DNA of 64,000 nucleotides from contig NZ_CP162490.1 of NCBI RefSeq assembly GCF_041245805.1, positions 347,336 through 411,335 of the forward strand. Reading direction: 5' to 3'. The DNA is from Xanthomonas tesorieronis (GTDB lineage: Bacteria > Pseudomonadota > Gammaproteobacteria > Xanthomonadales > Xanthomonadaceae). How positions within the stretch are numbered: the stretch's first letter is position 1; each line of letters opens with the position of its first letter. Shown piece after piece: positions 18,780-29,171 of the stretch. A program made the position numbers and the translations under genes. Below the pieces are notes generated by a model, which had not been told where the DNA came from, did not search any database, and saw only the letters and a program-made list of their open reading frames with translations.

Positions 18780-19344
18780 CTGGATGGGTTTGATCGCTGA
18801 CGGTAATGCGGACGAAGTTGACAGACCTGGCGCTGTGTCGCGCGTAAGGGCGGACCGATGACGTATCGTTTCCACCGTTCAAGTCTTGTGCGCTGGCATG
18901 CGATCAGTATGCCGAAGGAAATGGCCGCGGCGTGGCCGTTGCGACAGTTGATCGGCATCCACCCTGGCTTGCCGCACGACCGGCCATCGGGTGCGGGGAC
19001 GAGTGCGCCGGTTTAGGTCCCGGATCGTGTCGCCATGCGGTATCGGAAGCGGGGTGCCCCGCACCGGCCGACGAAGTGGACAGCGCATGCAGCGGGCACG
19101 GATCCGTTGCGCCAAGAGCCGCTGGTGGTCTGCGGCTTCGGTTGGCCGGCGCCGGCGTTGACCACCACGGAGTTAGATCCGACCGATGCGGTGTGGCAGG
19201 CCAGCGACTCCCCATGCTCCGACAAGTACGCGTAGCAGTGGTAAGGCATCTCCCGTCAGCGTCAGCGCGGATGCCGCAGCACTGCGGCTGCGCCGCTGTA
19301 GTCGCGTTGCCGTCTGGCGCTAGTCGCTGCCGTGTTCAGCGGCC

Positions 19345-20151
19345 CTAGCGGTGCGCCGTTGCGGTTGCAGCCGCGGTCGCTTCGTCGGATGCCGCCGATT
19401 TGGCCGGCTTGTCGGTGTGTTCGAGCAGATCCAGGCGCTTGCCGCCCGGCAGCCGGTAGTCCAGTTGCTGCTCCAACGCATCGAGCTCTTTGACCTGCAC
19501 GCACAGCGCGTTGGCCCTGGCTTCCAGCACCTTGCCACGTGCCTCCATGCGCCGCTCCATGTCCTTCTCCATCGCGTCGGCACGTTTATCGATGTCGTCG
19601 GCGCGGCCGGTGAACACCGCGAACATCACCCCGCGGGTCAGCGCGCCGGCCATTTCCTCGGCGGCAGCGCTGACGTCGGCTTCGAACGCCTTGTCGAACG
19701 GTTCCTTCTGCCATTGGCCTTTGCCGAGCGTGCGATCGAGGTGGGCGAGGGCGTCGTCGCGGTGCCGCTCGATCTCGCGCGCCTTGCTGCGGCTGCCGGT
19801 GAGCGCTTCGACCACACCGCCCAAGGCGTCGAAGGTGATGCCGACCACTTCGCGGGCGATGCTTGCCACCTCGGGCATCAGTGTCTGGGCACCCTGTTCC
19901 ATCTGCCGCACGCGTTGGACGTCGGCACTGCTGAGCGGCTGCGCGACCCCGTCCACCTGCAGGCGTCCGTCGTGCAGGAACACGCTCTTCGGGGTGCCGG
20001 CGCTGCGGGTCAGGGCGACGCCGGTCCTGTCGACGATGACGTCGTAAGGCGTGGAGAAGCCGCATTGCTGCGAGGAGAACTGCGGGCCGGCGCTGGCGCT
20101 TGCGGCGGCGCCGAGCAGGGAGAGGGTGCAGACGGAAAGCAGCAGGCGCAT
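19345..20151 (-). CDS. Secreted hypothetical protein (DUF2884/YggN-like)
   Basis: N-terminal signal peptide with a charged, helical periplasmic body; 268 aa. Confidence 0.55.
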   Translation of the reverse strand: MRLLLSVCTLSLLGAAASASAGPQFSSQQCGFSTPYDVIVDRTGVALTRSAGTPKSVFLHDGRLQVDGVAQPLSSADVQRVRQMEQGAQTLMPEVASIAREVVGITFDALGGVVEALTGSRSKAREIERHRDDALAHLDRTLGKGQWQKEPFDKAFEADVSAAAEEMAGALTRGVMFAVFTGRADDIDKRADAMEKDMERRMEARGKVLEARANALCVQVKELDALEQQLDYRLPGGKRLDLLEHTDKPAKSAASDEATAAATATAHR

Positions 20152-20273
20152 GGCGGCGGTTCCTTCAACGATGGCAGCAGCATCGCGGCCCGGCCGTGCC
20201 CTGTCGTCTGCGGGAAGTCAGGGTGCGGGAAGTCATGCCCGCATCGCGGCGCGCCAGCGAGCCCACGCGGGGT

Positions 20274-20783
20274 CTAACCCGGCGGGCTCTCGGGCATTTT
20301 CCAATGCTGGAGCAGCGGGCCGTGCAGGCCGGCGACGGGGTCGCTGGACGGAAACGGCAGCTGGGCGATGCGCTGGATCGCCTCGGCGCTGGGCGCCTGC
20401 CGGCAGACGTCCCAGGCCTGCCCGGCGGGATAGGCGCCGACCACCAGGAAGTCGCTGCTGGAGGCGATGCAGCGATGGCCGGTGCCGGCAGGCAGCAGCA
20501 AGGCGTCGCCGGCCGCCAGCGTGGTGTCGGGGCCGCCCGGGCCGCCGATGACCAGCCGCGCGCTGCCGCTGGCCACGCCAAGCACCTCGTGGGCCGTGGA
20601 GTGGTAGTGGTGGTAATCGTAGATGCCATCGCGCCATTGCGGCGGCCAGCCGTGGGCGGCGAAGCGGCGTTCGAAGCCGGCAGCATCGCTCTCGGCGTCG
20701 GCCTGGCGGTACAGCAGGACCGGCAGGAACGGATGATTGGGGACCCAGTCGTGCGGTGGCAGCAGCCAGTGTTCCAGTTGCAT
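20274..20783 (-). CDS. Cupin domain protein
   Basis: Cupin beta-barrel motifs (GDALLLPAGTGHRC). The upstream part of the longer ORF looks like a non-coding over-extension, and the start is approximate. Confidence 0.5.
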   Translation of the reverse strand: MQLEHWLLPPHDWVPNHPFLPVLLYRQADAESDAAGFERRFAAHGWPPQWRDGIYDYHHYHSTAHEVLGVASGSARLVIGGPGGPDTTLAAGDALLLPAGTGHRCIASSSDFLVVGAYPAGQAWDVCRQAPSAEAIQRIAQLPFPSSDPVAGLHGPLLQHWKMPESPPG

Positions 20784-21000
20784 CGGCGATTCCTCGAGGC
20801 ATGGCGTGGCGGGCGGCGAGTGGCCGCCGTCGCGGATCATGCTAGCCAGGCCGCGTCGCCGCGACGTCATGGCGCGATGCGGCGGCATCGCCACGCTGTA
20901 TTGCGCATGCATCGGCCGATACGGAAGTGCCGAAGCCATCCGCCGGCTTGCGCCACGACCGCGAGCGCTGTCGGGATCGCCCGCGCTGCCGCTATTCGCT

Positions 21001-22623
21001 TCAGTGCAGAGGGGCCGGCCCCGCGTCGACACGATGGTGCGTGCCCAGGTCCCCGACCATGGCGGCGCTGGCGGCGTTCAGTCCCGCCACCTGCACCTGC
21101 GCGCCATGGCGGCGGAACTTCAGCACCACCTTGTCCAGCGCGCCGATGGCGCTGATGTCCCACAGATGCGCCTGCGACAGATCGAGGGTGACCCGCGCTG
21201 GCGCGTGGGCGTAGTCGAACGCGGCGGCGAAGCTGCCGGCCGAGGCGAAGAACAGCTGGCCGCTGATGCGGTAGGTGTGGCCGCCATCGGCGTCCTCGGT
21301 CCTGGCGATATCCAGCATGCGCCCGACCTTGCGCGCGAAGAACAGCGCCGACAGCAGCACGCCGGTCAGCACGCCGCGCGCCAGGTCGTGGGTGGCCACG
21401 GTCACCACCACGGTGGCGAGCATCACCAGGCTGGAGCTCTTCGGATGCGTACGCAGCTGCGCCAGCGAGCGCCAGCTGAAGGTGCCGATCGAGACCATGA
21501 TCATCACCGCCACCAGCGCCGCCATCGGAATCTGTCGCACCCATGGGCCGGCGAACACCACCAGCATCAGCAGCACACTACCGGCGACCAGCGTCGACAG
21601 GCGGCCGCGGCCGCCGGATTTCACGTTGATCACCGACTGCCCGATCATCGCGCAGCCGGCCATGCCGCCGATCAACCCGCTGGCGATGTTGGCCGCGCCC
21701 TGGCCGATGCATTCGCGGTTCTTGCCGCTGGGGGTGTCGGTCATGTCGTCGACGATCTGCGCGGTCATCATCGATTCGAGCAGGCCGACGACCGCCATCG
21801 TCGCCGACACCGGGAACACGATCTTCAGCGTTTCCAGCGTCCGCGGCACGTCAGGCAGCAGGAACGTCGGCAGACTGTCGGGCAACTGGCCCTTGTCGCC
21901 GACGGTGGGCACGGCGATGCCGAAGTACAGCGCCATGCCGGTCAGCAGCACGATCGCCACCAGCGGCGACGGCAGCGCGAGCGTGCGCGTCCAACGATGG
22001 CCGAGCAGCAGGGCCGCGGCACCGACTGCCGCCACGGCATACAGCGCCCGCGTATCGAGGCTGCCGGCGGTCAGCGCGGCGCCGAGCAACAGCAGCCACA
22101 GGCCGAGTCCGGCAAAAGTGCGCTGCGACAGCCATGGCAGGCCGTAGATCACCAGCAGGCCCAGCGCCACCAGCGGGTAGACCGGTGCGGGCACGCCGAT
22201 CAGTTCCGGCAGCTGCGCCATGAAGATCAGGATCGCCAAGGCGTTGACGAAACCGGTGATCACCGAGCGCGACACGAAGCGCATCAGCGCGCCGAGCTTG
22301 AGCAGGCCGGCGCCGATCTGCAGCACACCGGTCAGCAACGTCGCCGCGAGCAGGTACTGCAGGCCGTGTTCCTTGACCAGGCCGACCATCAGCAGCGCCA
22401 TCGCGCCGGTGGCGGCGGAAATCATGCCTGGCCTGCCGCCGACGAAGGCGATCACCACGCAGATGCAGAACGAGGCGTAAAGCCCGACCTTGGGGTCGAC
22501 CCCGGCGATGATGGAGAAGGCGATGGCCTCGGGGATCAGCGCCAGCGCGACGACCAGGCCGGCGAGCACGTCGCCACGGAGGTTGCCGAGCCATTGCTGG
22601 CGCAGCGGGGGATAGAGATTCAC
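21001..22623 (-). CDS. SulP family inorganic anion transporter with a C-terminal STAS domain
   Basis: N-terminal [23 protein letters not shown] SulP signature and a C-terminal STAS domain; 540 aa. Confidence 0.85.
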   Translation of the reverse strand: MNLYPPLRQQWLGNLRGDVLAGLVVALALIPEAIAFSIIAGVDPKVGLYASFCICVVIAFVGGRPGMISAATGAMALLMVGLVKEHGLQYLLAATLLTGVLQIGAGLLKLGALMRFVSRSVITGFVNALAILIFMAQLPELIGVPAPVYPLVALGLLVIYGLPWLSQRTFAGLGLWLLLLGAALTAGSLDTRALYAVAAVGAAALLLGHRWTRTLALPSPLVAIVLLTGMALYFGIAVPTVGDKGQLPDSLPTFLLPDVPRTLETLKIVFPVSATMAVVGLLESMMTAQIVDDMTDTPSGKNRECIGQGAANIASGLIGGMAGCAMIGQSVINVKSGGRGRLSTLVAGSVLLMLVVFAGPWVRQIPMAALVAVMIMVSIGTFSWRSLAQLRTHPKSSSLVMLATVVVTVATHDLARGVLTGVLLSALFFARKVGRMLDIARTEDADGGHTYRISGQLFFASAGSFAAAFDYAHAPARVTLDLSQAHLWDISAIGALDKVVLKFRRHGAQVQVAGLNAASAAMVGDLGTHHRVDAGPAPLH

Positions 22624-23069
22624 GAGAAAACGCTCCTGGCGCCGCGCCCGTCGCGGGGCGGCGCTACACGAATGGAAAACCAGAACACACCGGGCGTCCC
22701 GCCAGGGGACAGCGTGGAAAAGCGCGGCGCGGGTGTCAGGGTGGCGTCATGTCGTGGCGTGGGAAGCGGAAGCGGGCGGCGATGCGCTGCGTGCGGCGCA
22801 AAGTATAAAACAATCGTGCCGATGCCGGTCTGGCGCTGCTTCCCATTTGCGCGCGCTGCGATGGATGCAGCGCTGCATCTGCCGGCATGCGGCCATGCGG
22901 CGAGGAGCACGCTGCCTCCCGATGCGGCCGTGCATCGCCGAAGGCGTGCCTGCCGAGGTCTGGCCGCGGAACGCGCCGTCCCATCGCCGGAGGGGAAGTG
23001 GCTCACAATCTCCTCACTATTTGCGCGCAAAATGCACGGATCGGAGTGCGCGACGTGGAGCGCCAGCGA

Positions 23070-23489
23070 ATGAACGACTTACGCATCGACCATATCGACG
23101 CTGCCTTGTCCGCACTGGACCAGATCGACCCGCAACGCAAGGCGGCGTTATGGCAGTGGGCGTATCTGGAGATGCTGCACGAAACCCTGAGCGCGATGCA
23201 TCAGTTGTCGCACCGGGTCGGCGTGGCCGAGCTGGTCGCCGATGCCTGGCTGGCGCCAGTGGACGTGATCGCACTGGACCAGACGTTCCTGGACCGTGCC
23301 ACGCTGGCCGATCCGCGCGTGCAGGCCTTCGCGTTGGTGTTGGCCGACGCATCCTCGCGCCAGTCGCGCGCAGAGCTGTGGCGCAGCGGCTACGCCAGCG
23401 CTGTGCAGGCCACGCTGCAGGGTATGCAGGCGCTCGCCGGCAAGCACCGGATCGATGCGCAGGTCGCTGCGCCGTTGTCGTCCGCCTGA
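23070..23489 (+). CDS. Hypothetical protein
   Basis: 139 aa from the ATG at 23070 and protein-like in composition. No family was recognised. Confidence 0.4.
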   Translation: MNDLRIDHIDAALSALDQIDPQRKAALWQWAYLEMLHETLSAMHQLSHRVGVAELVADAWLAPVDVIALDQTFLDRATLADPRVQAFALVLADASSRQSRAELWRSGYASAVQATLQGMQALAGKHRIDAQVAAPLSSA

Positions 23490-23628
23490 GCGCTGCCTCG
23501 AACGGTAATGCGGCGCGGAGAACGTTGCTGGTGACGTGCGCGTAGCGTGCGCGCCCGCTGCAGGCAAAACTGTTGGTTGCATTTCGTCACCAGATGCCAG
23601 CTAACGCGCTCGGCACGCAGCGTTCACC

Positions 23629-23868
23629 TTGGTGCAACGCCGTTGCCGACAGTCTTGGACCATGGTCGACCCCCACCGCCAGTCCCCAACGCAGGCGACG
23701 GCCAGGCATCAGGCGCCGCCTGCGAACGACATTCCCGACAACGCTCCAGGCGTTTCGGAAGCGGGTGCCTGGTGGCGGCAATTGTTCGCCGCAGTGCCGC
23801 GCTGGCTGCTCATAACGGTCGCGCTGTTCGCGCTGGGCCTGCTGCTGTTCTGGTACGCCCGTGCTTGA
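23629..23868 (+). CDS. Small hypothetical membrane protein
   Basis: C-terminal TM segment (WLLITVALFALGLLLFWY). Overlaps the downstream gene start. Low confidence. Confidence 0.3.
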   Translation: MVQRRCRQSWTMVDPHRQSPTQATARHQAPPANDIPDNAPGVSEAGAWWRQLFAAVPRWLLITVALFALGLLLFWYARA

Positions 23869-24991
23869 CCTCCTGTCCCCCTCGCGTGGAGAGCCGTGTA
23901 TGGCGCCATCTGCCGCACACGACCATGTCCGCCGCTGCAGCGTTCGCCTGCATCCGCCCGGTGGGCACGAGGTCGCCACGCACGCCTGGATCGCCGCCGA
24001 AGTCGCGCGGCTGATGCGTCTGCCGTTGCGGGAGGCTGACCCGGCACAGAGCGGTTTCTACGTGCCCGACGACACCCTGACCGCAGCGCAGGCGCAGCAG
24101 CTGGGCATACGCGCGGCGGCCGACCTGCTTGGTGGCGTGGTCCCGCATGCGTTCGTCGCCACCAAGGCGATTAGCCATCCGCTGGTCGATCCCGACGCGG
24201 CCGCGCCGCAAGGCTGGAACCCTGCGCTAGGCAGCGCATTGGCCGAAGCAACGGTACCCGGCTACACCGCATTCGCGGCGGACGATGCGCGCGCGGCGTA
24301 TGCACGCCTGTGCGGCGGCGGACAGGTGCGCTTGAAGTTGCCGCATGGCATCGCCGGACGCGGCCAGCTGTTGCTGCACGACCCGCAGGCATTGGATACC
24401 GCACTGGACGCATTGGCGGCGGCGGATCTGGCGCAGCAGGGCGTGGTGCTGGAGCGGCAACTGGACCGCTCCACGACCTTCAGTGTCGGCGAAGTGGACT
24501 GCGCCGGCATGACCATCGCCTATTACGGCACGCAATCGGTCACCGGCGACGCTGCCGGCCACGAAACCTACGGCGGCTCGCAACTGTTCGTGATCCGCGG
24601 CACCCTGGACGCGCTGCTCGAACGCACGCTGCCGGCGCCGCAGCGCGCAGCGGTGCTGAAGGCGCGCCATTACGATCGTTGCATCGCCCACGCCTATCCC
24701 GGCTTCTACGCGTCGCGCCGCAATTACGACGTGATCGACGGCATCGCCCAGGACGGGACGCGCATGAGCGGAGTGCTGGAGCAATCCTGGCGCGTCGGCG
24801 GCGCCACGCCGGCAGAACTGGCCGCGGTCGATGCCTTCCAGCGCGATCCGGCGTTGCACGCGGTGGTTGCGGCGACGGTCGAGCGCTACGGCGTGCCGGC
24901 GTTGCCCGCGGACGCCGAGGTCTATTACATGGGCGAGGATCCGCGCGCGGGCCGCCTGACCAAATACCGCTACGTGAGCGCTGCGGACTGA
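23861..24991 (+). CDS. Hypothetical protein (possibly DUF3182-like)
   Basis: 376-aa ORF with clean codon-position bias. The start may be the internal Met at about 23900. Coupled to the downstream hydrolase, which starts 2 nt after its stop. Confidence 0.55.
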   Translation: MLDLLSPSRGEPCMAPSAAHDHVRRCSVRLHPPGGHEVATHAWIAAEVARLMRLPLREADPAQSGFYVPDDTLTAAQAQQLGIRAAADLLGGVVPHAFVATKAISHPLVDPDAAAPQGWNPALGSALAEATVPGYTAFAADDARAAYARLCGGGQVRLKLPHGIAGRGQLLLHDPQALDTALDALAAADLAQQGVVLERQLDRSTTFSVGEVDCAGMTIAYYGTQSVTGDAAGHETYGGSQLFVIRGTLDALLERTLPAPQRAAVLKARHYDRCIAHAYPGFYASRRNYDVIDGIAQDGTRMSGVLEQSWRVGGATPAELAAVDAFQRDPALHAVVAATVERYGVPALPADAEVYYMGEDPRAGRLTKYRYVSAAD

Positions 24992-24993
24992 CG

Positions 24994-25881
24994 ATGGAAA
25001 CCAAGCTCTCCAGCATCGATATCGCGGTGGACGGCGATGCCTTGAGCGGCACCTTGCTGACCCCGACCAACGGCATGCCCGGCGTGCTGTTCGTGCATGG
25101 CTGGGGCGGCAACCAGCATCACAACCTGGTGCGCGCGCGCGAAGCGGTCGGTCTGGGCTGCGTGTGTCTGACCTTCGACCTGCGCGGCCACGAAGGCATG
25201 GCGTCGATGCGCGAAACGGTGACGCGCGCGCAGAATCTGGACGACATCAGGGCGGCGTACGATCGGCTGGTGGATTCGCCGCAGGTGGATCCGGAGTCGA
25301 TCGCGGTGGTGGGCCTGAGCTACGGCGGCTACCTCGCCTCGCTGCTGACCCTGGAACGGCCGGTGGAGTGGCTGGCGTTGCGTTCGCCGGCGCTGTACAA
25401 GGACGCGCAGTGGGATGACCCGAAGGTGGCGTTGAACCGCGATCCGGACTTGATGCCGTATCGGCACCGCGCCATCGCGCCGGAGGACAACATCGCGCTG
25501 GCGGCATGCCAGCGCTTTCGTGGCGACGTCTTGCTGGTCGAAGCCGAGCAGGACGTGATCGTGCCGGGGCAGGTGCTGAAGAATTACGCCGCCGCGTTCT
25601 CCAATGCGCGTTCGCTGACCTCGCGGGTGATCAAGGGCGCCGACCACGCGCTGACCCGCAAGGAGCATCAACTCGAGTACACCCGCTATCTGGTCGACTG
25701 GCTCACCGAGATGGTGGTCGGGCGCCGCGTGGCGCTGGCCAAGAACGTGGTCGAACGGCGCAAGCAGCAACTCAAGAGCACCCAGGGCGATGCCGCGACA
25801 TCGCCCGGCCAGGGGTCGAAGGAATTCCAGGGCCGCATCGAGGCCAAGGAACGCACCTCCGACGCCACGCCGTCGCGGTGA
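24994..25881 (+). CDS. Alpha/beta hydrolase (dienelactone-hydrolase-like)
   Basis: GLSYGG nucleophile elbow and the overall alpha/beta-hydrolase fold. The start METKLSS lies immediately after the upstream stop. Confidence 0.8.
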   Translation: METKLSSIDIAVDGDALSGTLLTPTNGMPGVLFVHGWGGNQHHNLVRAREAVGLGCVCLTFDLRGHEGMASMRETVTRAQNLDDIRAAYDRLVDSPQVDPESIAVVGLSYGGYLASLLTLERPVEWLALRSPALYKDAQWDDPKVALNRDPDLMPYRHRAIAPEDNIALAACQRFRGDVLLVEAEQDVIVPGQVLKNYAAAFSNARSLTSRVIKGADHALTRKEHQLEYTRYLVDWLTEMVVGRRVALAKNVVERRKQQLKSTQGDAATSPGQGSKEFQGRIEAKERTSDATPSR

Positions 25882-25962
25882 AGCGGCGCCGCGACGACGC
25901 GACAATTCGGTCGCGCTGCGGCTTGCAGCGCGACCCCGAACGCATTGCGCTCGCGGATGCCG

Positions 25963-26280
25963 TCAGTGGCTGCGCCCGGATTGCTCCAGATGGTGCCAGG
26001 CGTGGCGGACCAGCCAGCGCGCCTCATCCCACGGCACCGACAGCGACGGCGCCAGATGGTGATAGGACTCCTGCAGCACGCGGTACAGCTGCGCTTCGCT
26101 GGCGCGCGGATAGGCCAGATAGACGTCGTAGCCCATCTTCAGCAGCGAGGCATAGTCAGCGAAGCCATGGCGGCCGAGCTGGCCATTGGCATGCGCATGT
26201 CGCCAGTAGGCCATTTCGGCCTCCAGATCGACGGCGCGACGAGCGTGGGCAGGACGAGCGAGAGCGGGAGCGGTCTGCAT
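25963..26280 (-). CDS. Hypothetical small protein (105 aa, rich in His, Trp and Tyr)
   Basis: Aromatic-rich, non-repetitive composition unlike the GC-frame artefacts. No family was recognised. Confidence 0.35.
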   Translation of the reverse strand: MQTAPALARPAHARRAVDLEAEMAYWRHAHANGQLGRHGFADYASLLKMGYDVYLAYPRASEAQLYRVLQESYHHLAPSLSVPWDEARWLVRHAWHHLEQSGRSH

Positions 26281-26561
26281 GGGTAGGACTCCTCTCGAAG
26301 CTACCCCCCTGTCGCTCCGATCCTAGCGGATAGTTGCCGCGATTTGCGCCTACAGCGCGATATCGTGCGCGAATTGCTGAACCGATAAGCGAGGTGAGCG
26401 TACAAACGCCCTGAGGCGTCTGCAGCGCTTGGAGAGGGCGTACCGCTCGAGGCCGCATGCCGCATGCCGCGTGCCCGGCGGCGATACGTGATGCGACGGG
26501 GCACCAGGCCCGCGTCGCATATCTTGCCCCGCGTCACATGCCGAACATGCAGGCCGCAGCT

Positions 26562-27365
26562 TCAGTCCCAATCCGGGGCGATACCGGCCGGGTTCGCCAG
26601 TCGCTCGCCGCGGTCCAGCGTGGCGATCTGCGCCATGTCCGCTTCCTCCAGGCGCAGCGATTGCGCGAGCAGATTGCTGGCCAGGTTTTCGCGTTTGGTC
26701 GAGGACGGAATCACCGCATACCCTTGCTGCAGCGCCCAGGCCAACGCCACCTGCGCCGGCGTGGCGGCATGGCGCTTGGCGATGGCGACGATCAGCGGGT
26801 CCTGCAGCACCTTGCCGTACGCCAGGGTCATGTAGGAGGTGACGTGGATGCCCTGTTGCTGCAGATAGCCGATCAGCGTGCGGTTCTGCAGGTAGGGATG
26901 CACTTCGATCTGCTGGGTGGCGATCGCCTCGGCACCGAGGATCGCGATCGCCTGCTCGGTCAAGGCGATGGTGAAGTTGGACAGGCCGATCTGCCGGGTG
27001 AGGCCTTGCCGCTGCGCATCGGCGAGCGCATGCAGATACTCGGTCATCGGCACCGCATCGCGCGGCGAGGGCCAATGCACCAGGGTCAGGTCCACGTAGT
27101 CGCTGCGCAGCTTGTCCAGGCTCTGGCGCAGGCTCGGCAGCAGCTTGTCGGGGGCCAGGTTGTCGGTCCACACCTTGGTGGTGACGAACAGCTCCGCGCG
27201 CGGCACGCCGGAGGCGGCGATGGCCTCGCCGACCTCGGCCTCGTTGCCGTAGATCTGCGCGGTATCGATGGCGCGGTAGCCGAGTTCGAGCGCGTTGCGG
27301 ACCGAGTCGACGACGACCTGGTCCTTGAGCCGGAACGTGCCCAGGCCGAAAGCGGGAATGCTCAT
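26562..27365 (-). CDS. Aldo/keto reductase (2,5-diketo-D-gluconate reductase-like)
   Basis: N-terminus GLGTFRLKD…[11 protein letters not shown] is typical of the AKR family; 267 aa. Confidence 0.85.
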   Translation of the reverse strand: MSIPAFGLGTFRLKDQVVVDSVRNALELGYRAIDTAQIYGNEAEVGEAIAASGVPRAELFVTTKVWTDNLAPDKLLPSLRQSLDKLRSDYVDLTLVHWPSPRDAVPMTEYLHALADAQRQGLTRQIGLSNFTIALTEQAIAILGAEAIATQQIEVHPYLQNRTLIGYLQQQGIHVTSYMTLAYGKVLQDPLIVAIAKRHAATPAQVALAWALQQGYAVIPSSTKRENLASNLLAQSLRLEEADMAQIATLDRGERLANPAGIAPDWD

Positions 27366-27650
27366 GCGGTGACTCCTTGCGTGGAAAAGGGGAGAGCGTT
27401 GGATTTCAGTATGCGAGCGGCGCGGTCACGCCGGCGTCGCCGCGGCGCGCATCGCACCGGGTTTGCCGACCGGGAGTGCGCTGAGGAAGGCGCTCACCCG
27501 CAGGCGGAGCAAAAGCAGAAGCGCGAACACGACCGAAGAAAACAGGGATGCAGTCTGGACCCGTCCCCGGCGCCGAAAAACCCATCGCCAGACCAATCAC
27601 CTTTGCGTTCTGGTCAATAATCGAGGCCCGATTCCGCCATCCGCCTTGCC

Positions 27651-28553
27651 ATGAAGACGACACTGGACGAACTGCAGGCCTTCATCGCCGTGGTCGACAC
27701 GCATTCGATCACCGCGGCCGCCGACGCATTGGGGCAGACCGCTTCCGGGGTCAGCCGCGCGCTGGCGCGGCTGGAAGAGAAGCTGCAGACCACGCTGTTG
27801 CGGCGGACCACCCGGCGCCTGGCGCTGACCGAGGAAGGCCAGGTCTTCCTGCAGCGCGCCCGCGAGATCGTGGCCGCGGTCGAGCAGGCCGAAGAGCAGA
27901 TGGTCGCGCGCCGCCAACGCCCGGCCGGGCGCCTGCGCGTGGATGCGGCCACGCCGTTCATGCTGCATGCGATCGTGCCGCACGTGGCCGGCTACCGTGC
28001 ACGCTATCCGGACGTGGAGCTGGAGCTGACCAGCAACGACGGCATCATCGACCTGCTCGAACGCCGCACCGACCTGGCGATCCGCATCGGTACGCTGCGC
28101 GATTCCAGCCTGCATGCGCGCGCACTGGGCAGCAGCCGCGTGCGCGTGCTGGCCAGTCCAGACTATCTGGCCCGGCGCGGCGTGCCGCGCCGCGTGGACG
28201 CGCTGGCCGGGCACGACCTGCTCGGGTTCACGCAGCCCGAGTCGCTCAACGAATGGCCGCTGCGCCGCAGCGATGGCACTGCGCTGCACATCCGCCCGAC
28301 GCTCGCCTGTTCCAGCGGCGAAACCCTGCGCCAGCTGGCGCTGGCCGGCGAGGGCATCGTCTGCCTGTCCGATTTCATGACCACGGCCGATCGCCGCGAC
28401 GGCCGCCTGGTGCAGCTGTTGCCCAAGCAGACGCTGGACGTGCGCCAGCCGATCCACGGCGTCTACTACCGCAACACCGCGGTGTCGGTGCGCATCGCCT
28501 CGTTTCTGGACTACCTGGCCAACGCGCTGGGGCCGACGCCCTTTACGGCCTAG
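27651..28553 (+). CDS. LysR family transcriptional regulator
   Basis: LysR HTH (LQAFIAVVDTHSITAAADALGQTASGVSRALARLE); 300 aa. Confidence 0.85.
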   Translation: MKTTLDELQAFIAVVDTHSITAAADALGQTASGVSRALARLEEKLQTTLLRRTTRRLALTEEGQVFLQRAREIVAAVEQAEEQMVARRQRPAGRLRVDAATPFMLHAIVPHVAGYRARYPDVELELTSNDGIIDLLERRTDLAIRIGTLRDSSLHARALGSSRVRVLASPDYLARRGVPRRVDALAGHDLLGFTQPESLNEWPLRRSDGTALHIRPTLACSSGETLRQLALAGEGIVCLSDFMTTADRRDGRLVQLLPKQTLDVRQPIHGVYYRNTAVSVRIASFLDYLANALGPTPFTA

Positions 28554-28727
28554 TGCCGCCGCGCGCCATGCACGCGACGCGGGCGGCGGCGCGGACGGCG
28601 GCGCCGAGACCTGGCATGCGGTGCACACGGCACTGCGCGCAGCATTCGCGCGTGCCGGCGAGCAGGCCCGGCACTGGCGTGGCATCGCCACTGGACGCGC
28701 CTTCGGATATGTAACTATGATGGTTAC

Positions 28728-29171
28728 ATGAAGCGAAACACGCAACTCTCCGACGTCCTGCATTTGCTGGTCCATATGGCGCAGCACGGCGAACCGATGA
28801 CTTCCGAGCAGATGGCGGCCTGCCTGCAGAGCCACGCGGTGGTGGTGCGGCGGTTGCTGGCGCGACTGCGCGAAGCGCAACTGGTCGATTCCAGCCGCGG
28901 CCATGGCGGCGGCTGGCAGTTGGCGCGTGCGCCGGAGGCGATCAGCCTGTACGAGGTCTATGTCGCCCTGGGCGAACCGCTGCTGCTCGGCCATGGCGTG
29001 CGCGGCCCGCATCCGGGCTGCGCGATCGAGCGCGCGGTCAACGATGCGCTCGACGACGGCTATCGGCAGGCGCAGGCCGCCTTGGCCGCCCAGTTGCAGG
29101 CATTGACGCTGCGCAAGCTGGTCCAGCGCGTACAACGCAAGCACAAGCAGGAGAAGACTCATGCAGCATGA
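28728..29171 (+). CDS. Rrf2 family transcriptional regulator
   Basis: N-terminal Rrf2 HTH (LSDVLHLLVHMAQHGEPMTSEQMAACL); 147 aa. Confidence 0.8.
   Translation: MKRNTQLSDVLHLLVHMAQHGEPMTSEQMAACLQSHAVVVRRLLARLREAQLVDSSRGHGGGWQLARAPEAISLYEVYVALGEPLLLGHGVRGPHPGCAIERAVNDALDDGYRQAQAALAAQLQALTLRKLVQRVQRKHKQEKTHAA

Noticed and set aside
17635-18882. 415-aa alternate minus frame over the SagB-type dehydrogenase
   Set aside because: Arg-rich artefact. The conserved nitroreductase motifs are in the 17565-18875 frame.
18880-19344. 460-bp gap upstream of the dehydrogenase, searched for additional precursor peptides or a CRISPR-like repeat
   Set aside because: Only Arg-rich artefact ORFs were found, with no repeats and no convincing small ORF. 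Probably a promoter region.
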